Shown one piece after another: positions 1 to 9,263 of a stretch of 55,672 bases of DNA; position 1 is the first letter of the stretch; every line of letters starts with the position of its first letter. This DNA comes from an uncultured Gammaproteobacteria bacterium. Its GTDB lineage: Bacteria; Patescibacteriota; Patescibacteriia; Patescibacteriales; UBA12465. Where the stretch lies: positions 1-55,672 of the forward strand of contig CAZJSQ010000003.1 of NCBI GenBank assembly GCA_964548885.1. The letters run 5' to 3'. Both the position numbers and the translations under genes were made by a program. The notes below the pieces were generated by a model. That model worked only from the letters and a program-made list of their open reading frames with translations. It ran no database searches and was not told the origin of the DNA.

Positions 1-45
1 TTGTTCTAAGCCGCTTGGTTATTTATGTTAAGTTAACTAATTATT

Positions 46-822
46 ATGAAATCAAGTCTGAGAAAATTATTTTATTTTATCGCCAAAAATAAATATCTGT
101 ATCGCTTGGCGAACAGGCTGGTATTTAATCATCGGGGAGAAAATAATTGCGATATCGCCACTAACGGCGAGATGTTCGTTTTAAAGAAATATCTGGCGGC
201 GGCCGGAGTGGTTTTTGATGTGGGCGCCAATATCGGCGACTGGACCAAGACGGTTTTGCGTATTAGTCCGAGCGCGACCGTGCATTGTTTTGAGCCGTGT
301 CAGGAAACATTCTCGGCTTTGAAACAGAATAATTTTCCGGATGGCGTGATTTTAAATGATTTCGGCCTGGGTTCAAAAAATGAAATCAAAGATATGTATG
401 TCAGTAACCAAGATTCAACGATAAATTCCGTGTATTGGCGGGAAGATTCAGGGGGCAAGAATAATTACCAGAAAGAAAAAATATCTTTGAAGTCTTTAGA
501 CGATTATTGCACGGCTAGTAGTATAAACAAGATTGATTTTTTGAAGATTGATGTTGAAGGCAACGAGCTTGAGGTTCTGCTCGGCGCCAAAAGAATGCTG
601 TCAGCCGGTAAGATCAGCTTGCTCCAGCTGGAATACGGAGGAACTTATATTGACGCCCGGGTTTTTTTGCGGGATATTTTCAATTATTTTAAAACCAATC
701 AGCTTGATTATAGTTTCCACAAGATAATGCCCGATAGAATAGTGCCGGTTGATTATCGGGAGGATTTGGAAAATTTTCAGTATTGTAATTATTTGATTAT
801 AAATAATAATATTAATTTATAA
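46..822 (+). CDS. FkbM-family SAM-dependent methyltransferase
   Basis: Full-length ORF. Glycine-rich SAM motif [12 protein letters not shown] and the block [19 protein letters not shown] are typical of FkbM-type methyltransferases. It sits first in a sugar-nucleotide/glycosyltransferase cluster. Confidence 0.8.
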   Translation: MKSSLRKLFYFIAKNKYLYRLANRLVFNHRGENNCDIATNGEMFVLKKYLAAAGVVFDVGANIGDWTKTVLRISPSATVHCFEPCQETFSALKQNNFPDGVILNDFGLGSKNEIKDMYVSNQDSTINSVYWREDSGGKNNYQKEKISLKSLDDYCTASSINKIDFLKIDVEGNELEVLLGAKRMLSAGKISLLQLEYGGTYIDARVFLRDIFNYFKTNQLDYSFHKIMPDRIVPVDYREDLENFQYCNYLIINNNINL

Positions 823-826
823 CGCT

Positions 827-1867
827 ATGAAAAAAGCTTTAATCACGGGCATTACCGGTCAGGACGGATCTTATTTGGCCGAATTTCTTTTAGATAAAGG
901 TTATGAAGTCCACGGGATAATCCGGCGCGCTTCAACTTTCAATACGGCGCGGATAGACCATCTTTATTCCGACCCTCATGTGAACGGGATCAGATTCTTT
1001 TTACATTACGGCGATCTGTCCGATTCCGGTAATCTGGAGAGGATAATAGAGAAAATAAAGCCGGATGAAATCTATAATCTCGGCGCGCAAAGCCATGTTC
1101 GCGTCAGTTTTGACATTCCGGAATATACCGGCAATATCGACGGTCTGGGAACCTTAAGATTATTGGAAGCAATCAGAGAAACTGGAGTAAAAACCAGATT
1201 TTACCAGGCTTCTTCTTCGGAGATGTTCGGCCAGGCTCAGGCCGTGCCGCAAAATGAAGCCACTCCTTTCTATCCCCGCTCGCCCTATGGCTGCGCCAAG
1301 CTCTACTCTTATTGGATTACCAAGAATTACCGGGAAAGTTACGGGTTATTTACTTGTAACGGGATATTATTCAATCACGAATCTCCTCGTCGAGGCGAAA
1401 CTTTCGTGACCAGGAAAATAACACGCGCTTTGGCGAAGATTAAATTGGGCCGAGAGGAAAAATTATATTTAGGAAACCTGAACGCCCGGCGCGACTGGGG
1501 TTATGCTAAAGATTATGTGGCCGGGATGTGGCTGATGCTCCAGAAAGATAAGTCGGACGATTATGTCTTGGCCACCAATGAAACGCATTCAGTCAGAGAG
1601 TTTGTGGAAGAAGCTTGTCGGGTTTTGGAGATAGATTTAGTTTGGGAAGGAACCGGTTTGGCGGAAAAAGGAAAAAATAAGACCACCGGTAAGATTATAA
1701 TTGAAATCGATCCGAGATATTTCCGCCCCGCCGAGGTTGATTTATTGATCGGTGATTTCTCTAAAGCCAAAAGAGAGCTAGGCTGGGAACCGAAAGTCAA
1801 ATTTAAAGAGCTGGTAAAGATAATGGTTGAAGCTGATTTTGATAAAGAAAAATCCGTTCAATCCTAA
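827..1867 (+). CDS. gmd: GDP-mannose 4,6-dehydratase
   Basis: N-terminus [44 protein letters not shown], catalytic [10 protein letters not shown] (YxxxK) and [10 protein letters not shown] are classic Gmd signatures. Confidence 0.95.
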   Translation: MKKALITGITGQDGSYLAEFLLDKGYEVHGIIRRASTFNTARIDHLYSDPHVNGIRFFLHYGDLSDSGNLERIIEKIKPDEIYNLGAQSHVRVSFDIPEYTGNIDGLGTLRLLEAIRETGVKTRFYQASSSEMFGQAQAVPQNEATPFYPRSPYGCAKLYSYWITKNYRESYGLFTCNGILFNHESPRRGETFVTRKITRALAKIKLGREEKLYLGNLNARRDWGYAKDYVAGMWLMLQKDKSDDYVLATNETHSVREFVEEACRVLEIDLVWEGTGLAEKGKNKTTGKIIIEIDPRYFRPAEVDLLIGDFSKAKRELGWEPKVKFKELVKIMVEADFDKEKSVQS

Positions 1868-1891
1868 AAAAATCGGTCGAATCTCAGAGTT

Positions 1892-1937
1892 AAGGACCGA
1901 TTAATCTTAAAACTAAGAACCGATTAATTTTAAAATT
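1892..1937 (+). repeat. Imperfect 23-bp tandem duplication (20/23 identical) ending at the fcl ATG
   Basis: aaggaccgattaatcttaaaact (1892-1914) is followed by aagaaccgattaattttaaaatt (1915-1937). The upstream AATCGGTC (1871-1878) is complementary to GACCGATT in copy A and to ACCGATT in copy B. Confidence 0.7.
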
Positions 1938-2870
1938 ATGAATAAAGATTCTAAAATTTTCATTGCCGGCCATCGAGGTCTGGTCGGATCCGCTATCCGG
2001 CGGAATTTACAAAGTCAGGGCTATGCTAATTTGCTATTAAAAACCCGGGAAGAATTAGATTTATTGGATCAAGCGCAGGTAACGGCGTTTTTTGAAAGAG
2101 AGAAGCCGGATTATGTATTTTTGGCGGCCGCGAAAGTCGGCGGCATTATGGCTAATAAGCTGGCCAAGGCGGATTTTATTTATGATAACTTGCAGATCCA
2201 GAATAATGTCATTTATAATTCTTGGAAACAGGGGGTAAAAAAGCTTTTATTTTTAGGTTCTTCTTGCGTTTATCCTAAATTTTGTCCCCAGCCGATCAAA
2301 GAAGAATACCTGCTGTCCGGATATCTGGAAGAGACCAACGACGCTTACGCTCTCGCCAAGATTGCCGGCATAAAAATGTGTCAAAGCTTCAATTCTCAAT
2401 ATCAAACTAATTTTATCTCGGTGATGCCGACCAATTTATACGGCGTCAATGATAATTTTGATTTGGAAAATTCCCATGTTTTACCGGCTCTAATCAGGAA
2501 ATTTCATGAAGCCAAGATTAAGGGGTCGGATCAGGTTGAACTTTGGGGGACAGGCGCGGCCAGAAGGGAATTCCTATTTGTCGATGATTTGGCGGACGCC
2601 GTCATTTTTTTGATGAATAATTATGATCAGTCCGAAATTATCAATATCGGTACGGGGCAGGATTTGACGATTAAAGAATTGGCGGAAAAAATCAAGAGTA
2701 TCGTCGGTTTTTCCGGAACCATAAAATGGGATACCGCCAAGCCGGATGGCACTCCCCAAAAATTATTGGATGTGAGTAAGCTTAAGGCGTTGGGTTGGAA
2801 GGCAAAAACCGATTTGGATAAGGGGCTGAAGCTAACCTATGATTGGTTTAAGGAGAATTTTAAACTATGA
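1938..2870 (+). CDS. fcl: GDP-L-fucose synthase (GDP-4-keto-6-deoxymannose 3,5-epimerase/4-reductase)
   Basis: [14 protein letters not shown] Rossmann motif, YALAKIAG (YxxxK) and [12 protein letters not shown]. It lies immediately downstream of gmd. Confidence 0.9.
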   Translation: MNKDSKIFIAGHRGLVGSAIRRNLQSQGYANLLLKTREELDLLDQAQVTAFFEREKPDYVFLAAAKVGGIMANKLAKADFIYDNLQIQNNVIYNSWKQGVKKLLFLGSSCVYPKFCPQPIKEEYLLSGYLEETNDAYALAKIAGIKMCQSFNSQYQTNFISVMPTNLYGVNDNFDLENSHVLPALIRKFHEAKIKGSDQVELWGTGAARREFLFVDDLADAVIFLMNNYDQSEIINIGTGQDLTIKELAEKIKSIVGFSGTIKWDTAKPDGTPQKLLDVSKLKALGWKAKTDLDKGLKLTYDWFKENFKL

Positions 2871-3772
2871 CTATAATTAAATTAAAAGGCGGGCTCGGCA
2901 ATCAATTATTCCAATACGCTTTCGGGCGGCTCATTGCCGGCCGGCGCGGGGAAGAATTGAAACTGGATAAGGATATTTTAGGCGCGAAGCGAGATACTTA
3001 CCGCACTTACAGTCTGGATAATTTTAATATCCGGGCGACCTTAGCGGTTCCTGATGAAATTAAACGCGCTAAATATCCTTACGGGTTTGTTTCTAAGGGC
3101 TGGCGTTTAATCAAGGCCAAAGTTTTTCGAATTTATCATATCGGCTACGAGACTAAGATGTTAAAAACGCGCGCGCCGTATTTGGACGGTTATTTCCAGA
3201 GCCATAGATATCTGGAACTTTTACGAGCCGAGCTTTTGGAAGAAGTTAGTTTAAAAGAAGATTTGTCTAAAAAATATGGGTCTTTAATGGCGGAAATGGC
3301 CGCTACCGCTTCCGTCGCCGTCCATATTCGCCGCGGCGATTATATCAGTGACGCGAAAACGAAACGGGCGCATTTTATCTGCGATTTGGCCTATTACGAG
3401 AAGGCTCTGGCTCTGATGAGTAAAAAAATAAATGAGTTTGGAAAAAATGTTTCCGGAAAAAGTATTCCCGCGCCGGATAAAATTTTCGCGCCGGTTTTTT
3501 ATATTTTTTCCGACGATATCGCTTGGGCGAAAGAGAATCTTCGGGGCGGATTCCGGCTGGTCTTCGTTTCTAATCCGGAAATGAAAGATTATGAAGAAAT
3601 GATGCTCATGTCTAAATGCCGGCATAATATCATCGCCAATTCTTCTTTCAGTTTTTGGGGCGCCTGGCTGAATCAGAATCCCGACAAGATTGTTATCGGC
3701 CCGAAAAAATGGAATAATAAATACCCGGCCGCCTATTGCGATTTGATGCCGGGGGAGTGGGGAAGAGTATAA
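2867..3772 (+). CDS. GT11-family alpha-1,2-fucosyltransferase
   Basis: [14 protein letters not shown] near the N-terminus, HIRRGDY, and [14 protein letters not shown] are GT11 motifs. ATGA start/stop overlap with fcl. Confidence 0.85.
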   Translation: MTIIKLKGGLGNQLFQYAFGRLIAGRRGEELKLDKDILGAKRDTYRTYSLDNFNIRATLAVPDEIKRAKYPYGFVSKGWRLIKAKVFRIYHIGYETKMLKTRAPYLDGYFQSHRYLELLRAELLEEVSLKEDLSKKYGSLMAEMAATASVAVHIRRGDYISDAKTKRAHFICDLAYYEKALALMSKKINEFGKNVSGKSIPAPDKIFAPVFYIFSDDIAWAKENLRGGFRLVFVSNPEMKDYEEMMLMSKCRHNIIANSSFSFWGAWLNQNPDKIVIGPKKWNNKYPAAYCDLMPGEWGRV

Positions 3773-3782
3773 TCTAAAAAAT

Positions 3783-4613
3783 ATGCCTGTAACTTCATCG
3801 CCAAAAATTTCCGTCATCATCATTACCTATAATCGCGCCGATCTTCTGCCGAAAGCGATCGCGAGCGTCTTGGCGCAAAATTATCGCGATTTTGAATTAC
3901 TGATTATTGATGACGGATCTAATGACGAGACAGAAACTTTTGTTTGCGGTCTGGCACTGCGCGACGAACGGATAAAATATTTTAAAAACGAATTCAATCT
4001 CGGAATATCTAAGAGCCGCAATCGCGGCGTCCTCCTGGCGCGCGGGGAATACATCGCGATGTTAGATAGTGATGACTATTGGCTGGACAACGATAAGCTG
4101 AAATCGCAAGCCGCATTTTTAGATAAGCATGCTGGAGTCGGGCTCATCGGTACGGCGATAAGATGCGAAGACGAAACCGGCCGGATCTTAAAAGAAGATA
4201 TTTTTGCCGTTGCTGATGAAGAAATCCGGGCGCGGATGCTTGGGAAGAATCAGATCGCTCAATCCGGCGTCTTGTATCGAAAAAGCGCCTTCATAAAAGC
4301 CGGCGGTTATGATGAAACTTTTAATATCGGCGAGGATTATGATTTATGGTTAAAAATGGGACGCGACTCTAAATTCGCAAACCTGCCCGAAGTGATGACG
4401 GCTTATCTTATTCATTCCGGCGGGATAACCAAAGAACGGAAATTTAAAACAATAACCGCGACCGATAAAATAATTCGTCGTTATAAAAAAAATTATCCCG
4501 GCTATTTTCAGGCCAGGATAAAATCGGGACTGAGGTTATTAAGGGCGCTTTACCTCCCCCCGCGGCTAAGTATGGTCGCAACCGTCCGCAAAGCGATGGA
4601 TAAGTCTAGATAA
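3783..4613 (+). CDS. Family 2 glycosyltransferase
   Basis: ISVIIITYNRADLL, IIDDGSNDET and LDSDDYW (DxD) form a GT-A fold signature. The last 64 nt overlap the convergent sugar-transferase gene. Confidence 0.85.
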   Translation: MPVTSSPKISVIIITYNRADLLPKAIASVLAQNYRDFELLIIDDGSNDETETFVCGLALRDERIKYFKNEFNLGISKSRNRGVLLARGEYIAMLDSDDYWLDNDKLKSQAAFLDKHAGVGLIGTAIRCEDETGRILKEDIFAVADEEIRARMLGKNQIAQSGVLYRKSAFIKAGGYDETFNIGEDYDLWLKMGRDSKFANLPEVMTAYLIHSGGITKERKFKTITATDKIIRRYKKNYPGYFQARIKSGLRLLRALYLPPRLSMVATVRKAMDKSR

Positions 4614-5875
4614 AGCGAGCGTTGCTTAAGATAGTATAAATCGTATTGGAGTTTTTCCAAGCTGTCCTCGGCCGTGGAAGAATGATAATGGCCGGAAATC
4701 TGGTCCCAGCCGGTGAGCCCCGGCTTTATCAGGAGCCGGGTCTTATAGAAAGGAATCCGTTTCTCCAGGTCGGCGATTATTTCCGGACGTTCCGGGCGCG
4801 GGCCGATAAAACTCATCTCGCCGCGCAGGATATTCAAGACTTGAGGAATCTCGTCCAGTCGCGTCTTCCGCAGAAAGGAACCGAAGCGGGTGACGCGCTT
4901 ATCGCCCTTAACGGTTAGCGACAAGTCGTTACCCTCCGTGCGCATGGTCCGGAATTTGATTATTTTAAAAGGTTTTTCATTGCGGCCGAGGCGGACCTGG
5001 CGGAAAAAGACCGGGCCCTTGCTTCCGAGCTTGATAACTATGGCGATTAAGGGCCAGAGGGGCAGGGTGATGACAAGAATTATGATCGCTAAAATCGCAT
5101 CTGTTAACCGTTTGATAAAATTATAATAATTCTTCCTGCCTTCTTTCAGATTTTCCAGAAACCAGCTCGGGCCGATCTCTTCGACCGAAACCTTACCGGT
5201 CAGGAGTTCATAAAAATCCGGGTAATCAAAAAAAGTGATATTTAAGGATAAACAATTAAATAAGGCTTGGCGCAGACCATCGTTTAATTCAAAATCGTCG
5301 CAAATGACGATAGTATGGATATTTTTGGCGCGGACGTTATCGGCCAAAGCCGCTATTTCCTCCGGACTCTTGAAAATAAGGGCGGCCTGGTAGCCGGCGC
5401 CGGGATTATTTTGCAGGCCGGCGATTATTTTTTCCGTTTTCTGATTGAAACCGATTATCGCCAGGCTGTCTTTGGGAATAAAAAAATGAATTAGGACCTG
5501 GTAAAGGTTGCGCCAGACCAAGAAGAGAAAACTGAAAATACCCAAGAAAATCAAGAGATTGGTTTTAGGGGCGAGACTGGTGTTGATATTTAGATAGAAG
5601 TAGAGAATGGACAAACCGCCGCTTAAAACGATGGCGCCGATCAATTTTTGGAAGAAGGCCCGACCGCTCGCTTTTAGATTGAGATTATAAAAATCATTAA
5701 TGTATAGAACGAGCAGCCAGATAATAAAGACGACAAAAAAATAGCGTGAATGCTGGGTCCACATGTCCGCCCAAAGCGGTTGCGGGTAACGGATAGTGAT
5801 AGTCAGATATAGCGCCAGATTAAGGCTGAACAGGTCGCCCGCCAAAAGGATGAATTTCCTGAAACGATTTAACAT
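4550..5875 (-). CDS. Polyprenyl-phosphate sugar-phosphotransferase (WbaP/EpsB-type priming enzyme)
   Basis: Four to five N-terminal TM segments and a central Rossmann-like region. The C-terminal bacterial sugar-transferase domain carries KRLTDAILAIIIL, VFFRQVRLGRNEKPFKIIKFRTM and DEIPQVLNILRGEMSFIGPRPERP. Confidence 0.9.
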   Translation of the reverse strand: MLNRFRKFILLAGDLFSLNLALYLTITIRYPQPLWADMWTQHSRYFFVVFIIWLLVLYINDFYNLNLKASGRAFFQKLIGAIVLSGGLSILYFYLNINTSLAPKTNLLIFLGIFSFLFLVWRNLYQVLIHFFIPKDSLAIIGFNQKTEKIIAGLQNNPGAGYQAALIFKSPEEIAALADNVRAKNIHTIVICDDFELNDGLRQALFNCLSLNITFFDYPDFYELLTGKVSVEEIGPSWFLENLKEGRKNYYNFIKRLTDAILAIIILVITLPLWPLIAIVIKLGSKGPVFFRQVRLGRNEKPFKIIKFRTMRTEGNDLSLTVKGDKRVTRFGSFLRKTRLDEIPQVLNILRGEMSFIGPRPERPEIIADLEKRIPFYKTRLLIKPGLTGWDQISGHYHSSTAEDSLEKLQYDLYYLKQRSLYLDLSIALRTVATILSRGGR

Positions 5876-6060
5876 ATTTTTTTACTGGATTGGGAATGAA
5901 TTATGTCTTAAATATAACAGCTTAACCCTCAAAAATCAATAAAAAAAGTCAATTTATTTTTTTTATAAATATGCTATACTGGAGTCAGTTATCCGAAATG
6001 ATTTCCGTTTCTAATCAAGATAGCTGCAAAATTTGATTTATTTTGCTAATATTAAACAAA

Positions 6061-8145
6061 ATGTTAAAGATAAAAAATTATCGGATGATTTTAGGAATTG
6101 TTTTTTTGACGGCTGTTTTATTTTTAATCCCCCTCGCTTCTCAGGCGGCGGTTTGCGATCAGAATACGGCTTTGAGTTTCGTGGCTCGTGATCCAGGCGG
6201 GTCTTATATTACCGGCGCCCGCGTGGATATTTATAAACAGGAAACGGACGTAAACGGCGTCGTCAAGCCGACGACGAAATTTACCGGCGGCAATACGGAC
6301 GCGGTTTTAGGACGGGTGAATTTAAGCTGGCGCAATTCCAGTATGTCTAGCGATACTTATGTCGTTCGCGTTCAGACTATTTCTAAAGATAACGCCAGTT
6401 TCTGGTTTTATGGAATTAATCTTGATTGCGGCGAGAGCGCGTCAAGCGAAAGAACTTTAAGCGGCGCTCTGTTTACGCTTCGCGATTCGGATGGCGATTT
6501 ACTGACGGGTACCAGTTTTAATGTCTATTCGCAGTTAACGGACGCGAACGGCGAACCGGCAAAAAACGAATTATTGGCCAGCCTTAATTCCGGCACGACC
6601 GGCAGCGTCAAGGCTTATCTGCCGCAAGGCAGTGTTCGGAGTTTAGACAGGACTTTGAGCGATTATTATGTTATGGAAATAACTCGCAGCGGCGTCAAGT
6701 CCTATTTTTATAATATCCGGATCTATGACGGCCAGCTGACGAACGTTAATTACTATTTAAGCGTTTTGAAAGTCCGCCTGAAAGATGCCGACGATGATAA
6801 CGCGACCGGAGCGAAAGTTGAAGTTTATAATCAAGATACTGATTCTAGTGATAATTATCAGAAAGGCACTAAAATAGGAGAGTTTACTATCGGCGATAAC
6901 GGCTACGGATCAATGGATATCGCCGGCGGTTTATATGTGCTCGGAGTTAAAGGCGCGGACGGGATTTATAAATATTTTTGGGATACCCGGGTGGTCGACG
7001 GCGGCACGAGCCAATATCTCTTGACGCTGGATCAGAATTATTCTTCTTCGGCTACCGGCGCCTGCGCCAAGAATTCTAATCTGAACATAATCTTGCGCAA
7101 TGCCGCGGGCGATATCGCTCCCGGTCTGAAATTTGAAGTCTATACGCAAACTACCGACGCGAACGGCTTACCGACGGCCGGAACGAAAGTGACGAGCGGG
7201 ACGATAGATTCCGGCGGGCGGGCGACGGCCGCTTTCAAGCCGGACGCGCAGAAGATCTATGCCCTAAAAGTATGGGATAAAAAATCCGATCTGGGCGAAT
7301 TCTGGTTTTTTGACGCGCTAAAATTTACTTGCGGGACTGATAAGACGATAGCGAAAACCGTACCGGCCCTGAAGATAATTCTTCGCGACGGGCAGGGAAA
7401 TTTGAAACGCAATTATAATTTTTCTCTGGCCGTCCAGCAATATGATGCCGATAATAATCCAATAATTCCCAATAACGGCCTGATTGCCAATTTAACGACC
7501 GATGCCGGCGGTCAAGCGCTGGTTTATGTGGCGCCGTATAACCCCTATCGCCGCAATCAGACCGGACGTTATGTTTTAAACGCGAAAAATGCCAGCGGGA
7601 CGATGGTTTTCTTATATAATATTATTATTTCCTCCGATCAGGACACGACTTTTGAGGCGCGGATAAAGGAAAACGCCCCGGCCACGGGTTCTTCTTCCTC
7701 TTCGTCTTCATCTTCTTTATCATCATCCTCTTCGTCTTCATCTTCAAGTTCTTCCGCTTCGGCTGTTTCTTCAATCGCCAAGAGCTTGAGCGGCCGGATA
7801 TTATTACAGGTCCAAGATAAGGGTCAGGCTTGGTATGTTAATCCGGTGGACGGCAAGAAATATTATCTGGGCCGGCCGCAGGATGCCTATAATCTGATGT
7901 GCCGTTTCGGGTTAGGAATATCCAATGATAATTTGGCGGCTCTCTTAAATAATCCTAGCGCCTGGAAGAATTTGGCCGGACGCATCTTGATAAAGGTGGA
8001 GGACAAGGGCCAAGCCTATTATTTTGACCCGTTAAAGTTAAAATTATATTATCTCGGCCGGCCGGCCGATGCCTATAATGTCATCCGGAACCGCGGTCTG
8101 GGAATAAGCGACGCTAATTTAAATAAGATTACGACCGGAAAATAA
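6061..8145 (+). CDS. Secreted modular surface protein: signal peptide, five ~100-aa beta-sandwich-like modules, poly-Ser linker, 2 x 62-aa C-terminal repeat
   Basis: The ORF opens at a TTG at 6043 and the first ATG is at 6061. Hydrophobic signal ILGIVFLTAVLFLIPLASQAA. The motif L.(L/I)RD..G..(L/I)..., (V/I)Y.Q.TD.NG.P and FWF(Y/F)...L.CG recurs. Function is unknown. Confidence 0.75.
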   Translation: MLKIKNYRMILGIVFLTAVLFLIPLASQAAVCDQNTALSFVARDPGGSYITGARVDIYKQETDVNGVVKPTTKFTGGNTDAVLGRVNLSWRNSSMSSDTYVVRVQTISKDNASFWFYGINLDCGESASSERTLSGALFTLRDSDGDLLTGTSFNVYSQLTDANGEPAKNELLASLNSGTTGSVKAYLPQGSVRSLDRTLSDYYVMEITRSGVKSYFYNIRIYDGQLTNVNYYLSVLKVRLKDADDDNATGAKVEVYNQDTDSSDNYQKGTKIGEFTIGDNGYGSMDIAGGLYVLGVKGADGIYKYFWDTRVVDGGTSQYLLTLDQNYSSSATGACAKNSNLNIILRNAAGDIAPGLKFEVYTQTTDANGLPTAGTKVTSGTIDSGGRATAAFKPDAQKIYALKVWDKKSDLGEFWFFDALKFTCGTDKTIAKTVPALKIILRDGQGNLKRNYNFSLAVQQYDADNNPIIPNNGLIANLTTDAGGQALVYVAPYNPYRRNQTGRYVLNAKNASGTMVFLYNIIISSDQDTTFEARIKENAPATGSSSSSSSSSLSSSSSSSSSSSSASAVSSIAKSLSGRILLQVQDKGQAWYVNPVDGKKYYLGRPQDAYNLMCRFGLGISNDNLAALLNNPSAWKNLAGRILIKVEDKGQAYYFDPLKLKLYYLGRPADAYNVIRNRGLGISDANLNKITTGK
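7690..7773 (+). repeat. Poly-serine low-complexity tract (S9-L-S12-ASAVSS) inside the secreted protein
   Basis: Mixed TCN/AGT serine codons. The 20-mer tcctcttcgtcttcatcttc occurs twice within the tract. Confidence 0.9.
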
Positions 8146-8189
8146 TTTAAAATGCTTAAAGCCAAAACAAAGTAAACTTGGCGGGATTT

Positions 8190-9179
8190 ATGGCCGAGAC
8201 AGATTATAAATGGCCGACTATCGGCAATGAAAAAGTGATTGAATTTTTAGAACGCGGTTTGAAAAATAACCGGATCGTTCAGACTTATGTTTTTACCGGC
8301 GCCGATGATCTGGGCAAGTCAACTGTTGCGCTGGCTTTCGCCGATAATCTCCAGGGCCACCCGCAAGGGTTCAACAGCGATCTCCATATTTTGGAACCGG
8401 AAGCCGATAAAAAAAGCATTTCCATCGAGGCGGTCCGAGAATTCATCAAGACCTTGAATTTGAGTTCTTTCCTTAATTCCTATAAGATTGGAATCATCAA
8501 GCGGGCCGATCTTTTAAGCCCCGAGGCGAAGAGCGCGCTCTTAAAAACCTTGGAAGAGCCGAAAGAGAAAGTGATAATCATCCTCTTAACCGCCAATGAA
8601 CATAGTTTGCCGGCGACGATATTGTCGCGCGCTCAAGTCTTGTATTTTTATCCGGTGCCGACGGCGATCATTTATGATTATTTATTGAAAGTTCAAGGGA
8701 CGAATCGGACTTTAGCCAAGGATTTATCGGCCTTGGTCTTGGGACGGCCTTTAGCCGCCTTGAAATTATTGACTGACCCCGAATCTTATAAAGTTTATCT
8801 GGAGAAAGCGACGGCTTGGCTGGAATTGATGCGGCTTGACGCGAGCGAACGTTTAGGGATTCTGGATAAGATTTTTATTGATAAGACTTGGAGCAAAACG
8901 GCGGTTGAGGCGGCCGGCGATGTCATTTTTATGGCCGAAGGCCTGGCGCGCGACCTGCTTCTGCTTAGTCTTGATGAGAATGAACATCTTCAGCACGCGG
9001 CGCTTAAATCCGAATTGGCCAAGACTTTGTCGGCTTTAGGCGGAAATGCCGGCGCCGGCGGCGGGGCGGGGGCGGCGGGAATACTGAATCAATTCCGGAT
9101 ACTCGCGCAAGCGAAAGAATATCTGGCCGGCAACGTTAATCCGCGCCTGGTCTTGGAACAGATCGCCCTTAATTTTTAG
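8190..9179 (+). CDS. holB: DNA polymerase III delta-prime subunit
   Basis: AAA+ clamp-loader layout: TYVFTGADDLGKST (P-loop-like), IIKRADLL, and ATILSRAQVLYF (SRC-type motif). The ORF opens at TTG 8178 and the first ATG is at 8190. There is a Gly/Ala-rich insert near the C-terminus. Confidence 0.75.
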   Translation: MAETDYKWPTIGNEKVIEFLERGLKNNRIVQTYVFTGADDLGKSTVALAFADNLQGHPQGFNSDLHILEPEADKKSISIEAVREFIKTLNLSSFLNSYKIGIIKRADLLSPEAKSALLKTLEEPKEKVIIILLTANEHSLPATILSRAQVLYFYPVPTAIIYDYLLKVQGTNRTLAKDLSALVLGRPLAALKLLTDPESYKVYLEKATAWLELMRLDASERLGILDKIFIDKTWSKTAVEAAGDVIFMAEGLARDLLLLSLDENEHLQHAALKSELAKTLSALGGNAGAGGGAGAAGILNQFRILAQAKEYLAGNVNPRLVLEQIALNF

Positions 9180-9263
9180 ACAGCCGTCTTTATCCGACAC
9201 TGAATATTTTTTAATTTTTAGGAGCCGGTCTTTAATCTTAATTTTTAATAATATTTTAAAAAT

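Noticed and set aside
3284-3823. 179-aa ORF antisense to the GT11 fucosyltransferase gene.
   Set aside because: It lies entirely opposite a CDS with strong family motifs. Its composition is Arg/Gly/Phe-rich and low in information, with no recognisable motif or start context. It is a typical shadow ORF.
7690-7773. Whether the repetitive TCN-rich DNA could be a non-coding repeat array.
   Set aside because: It is in frame within a long ORF and translates to a poly-Ser linker between two structured regions.
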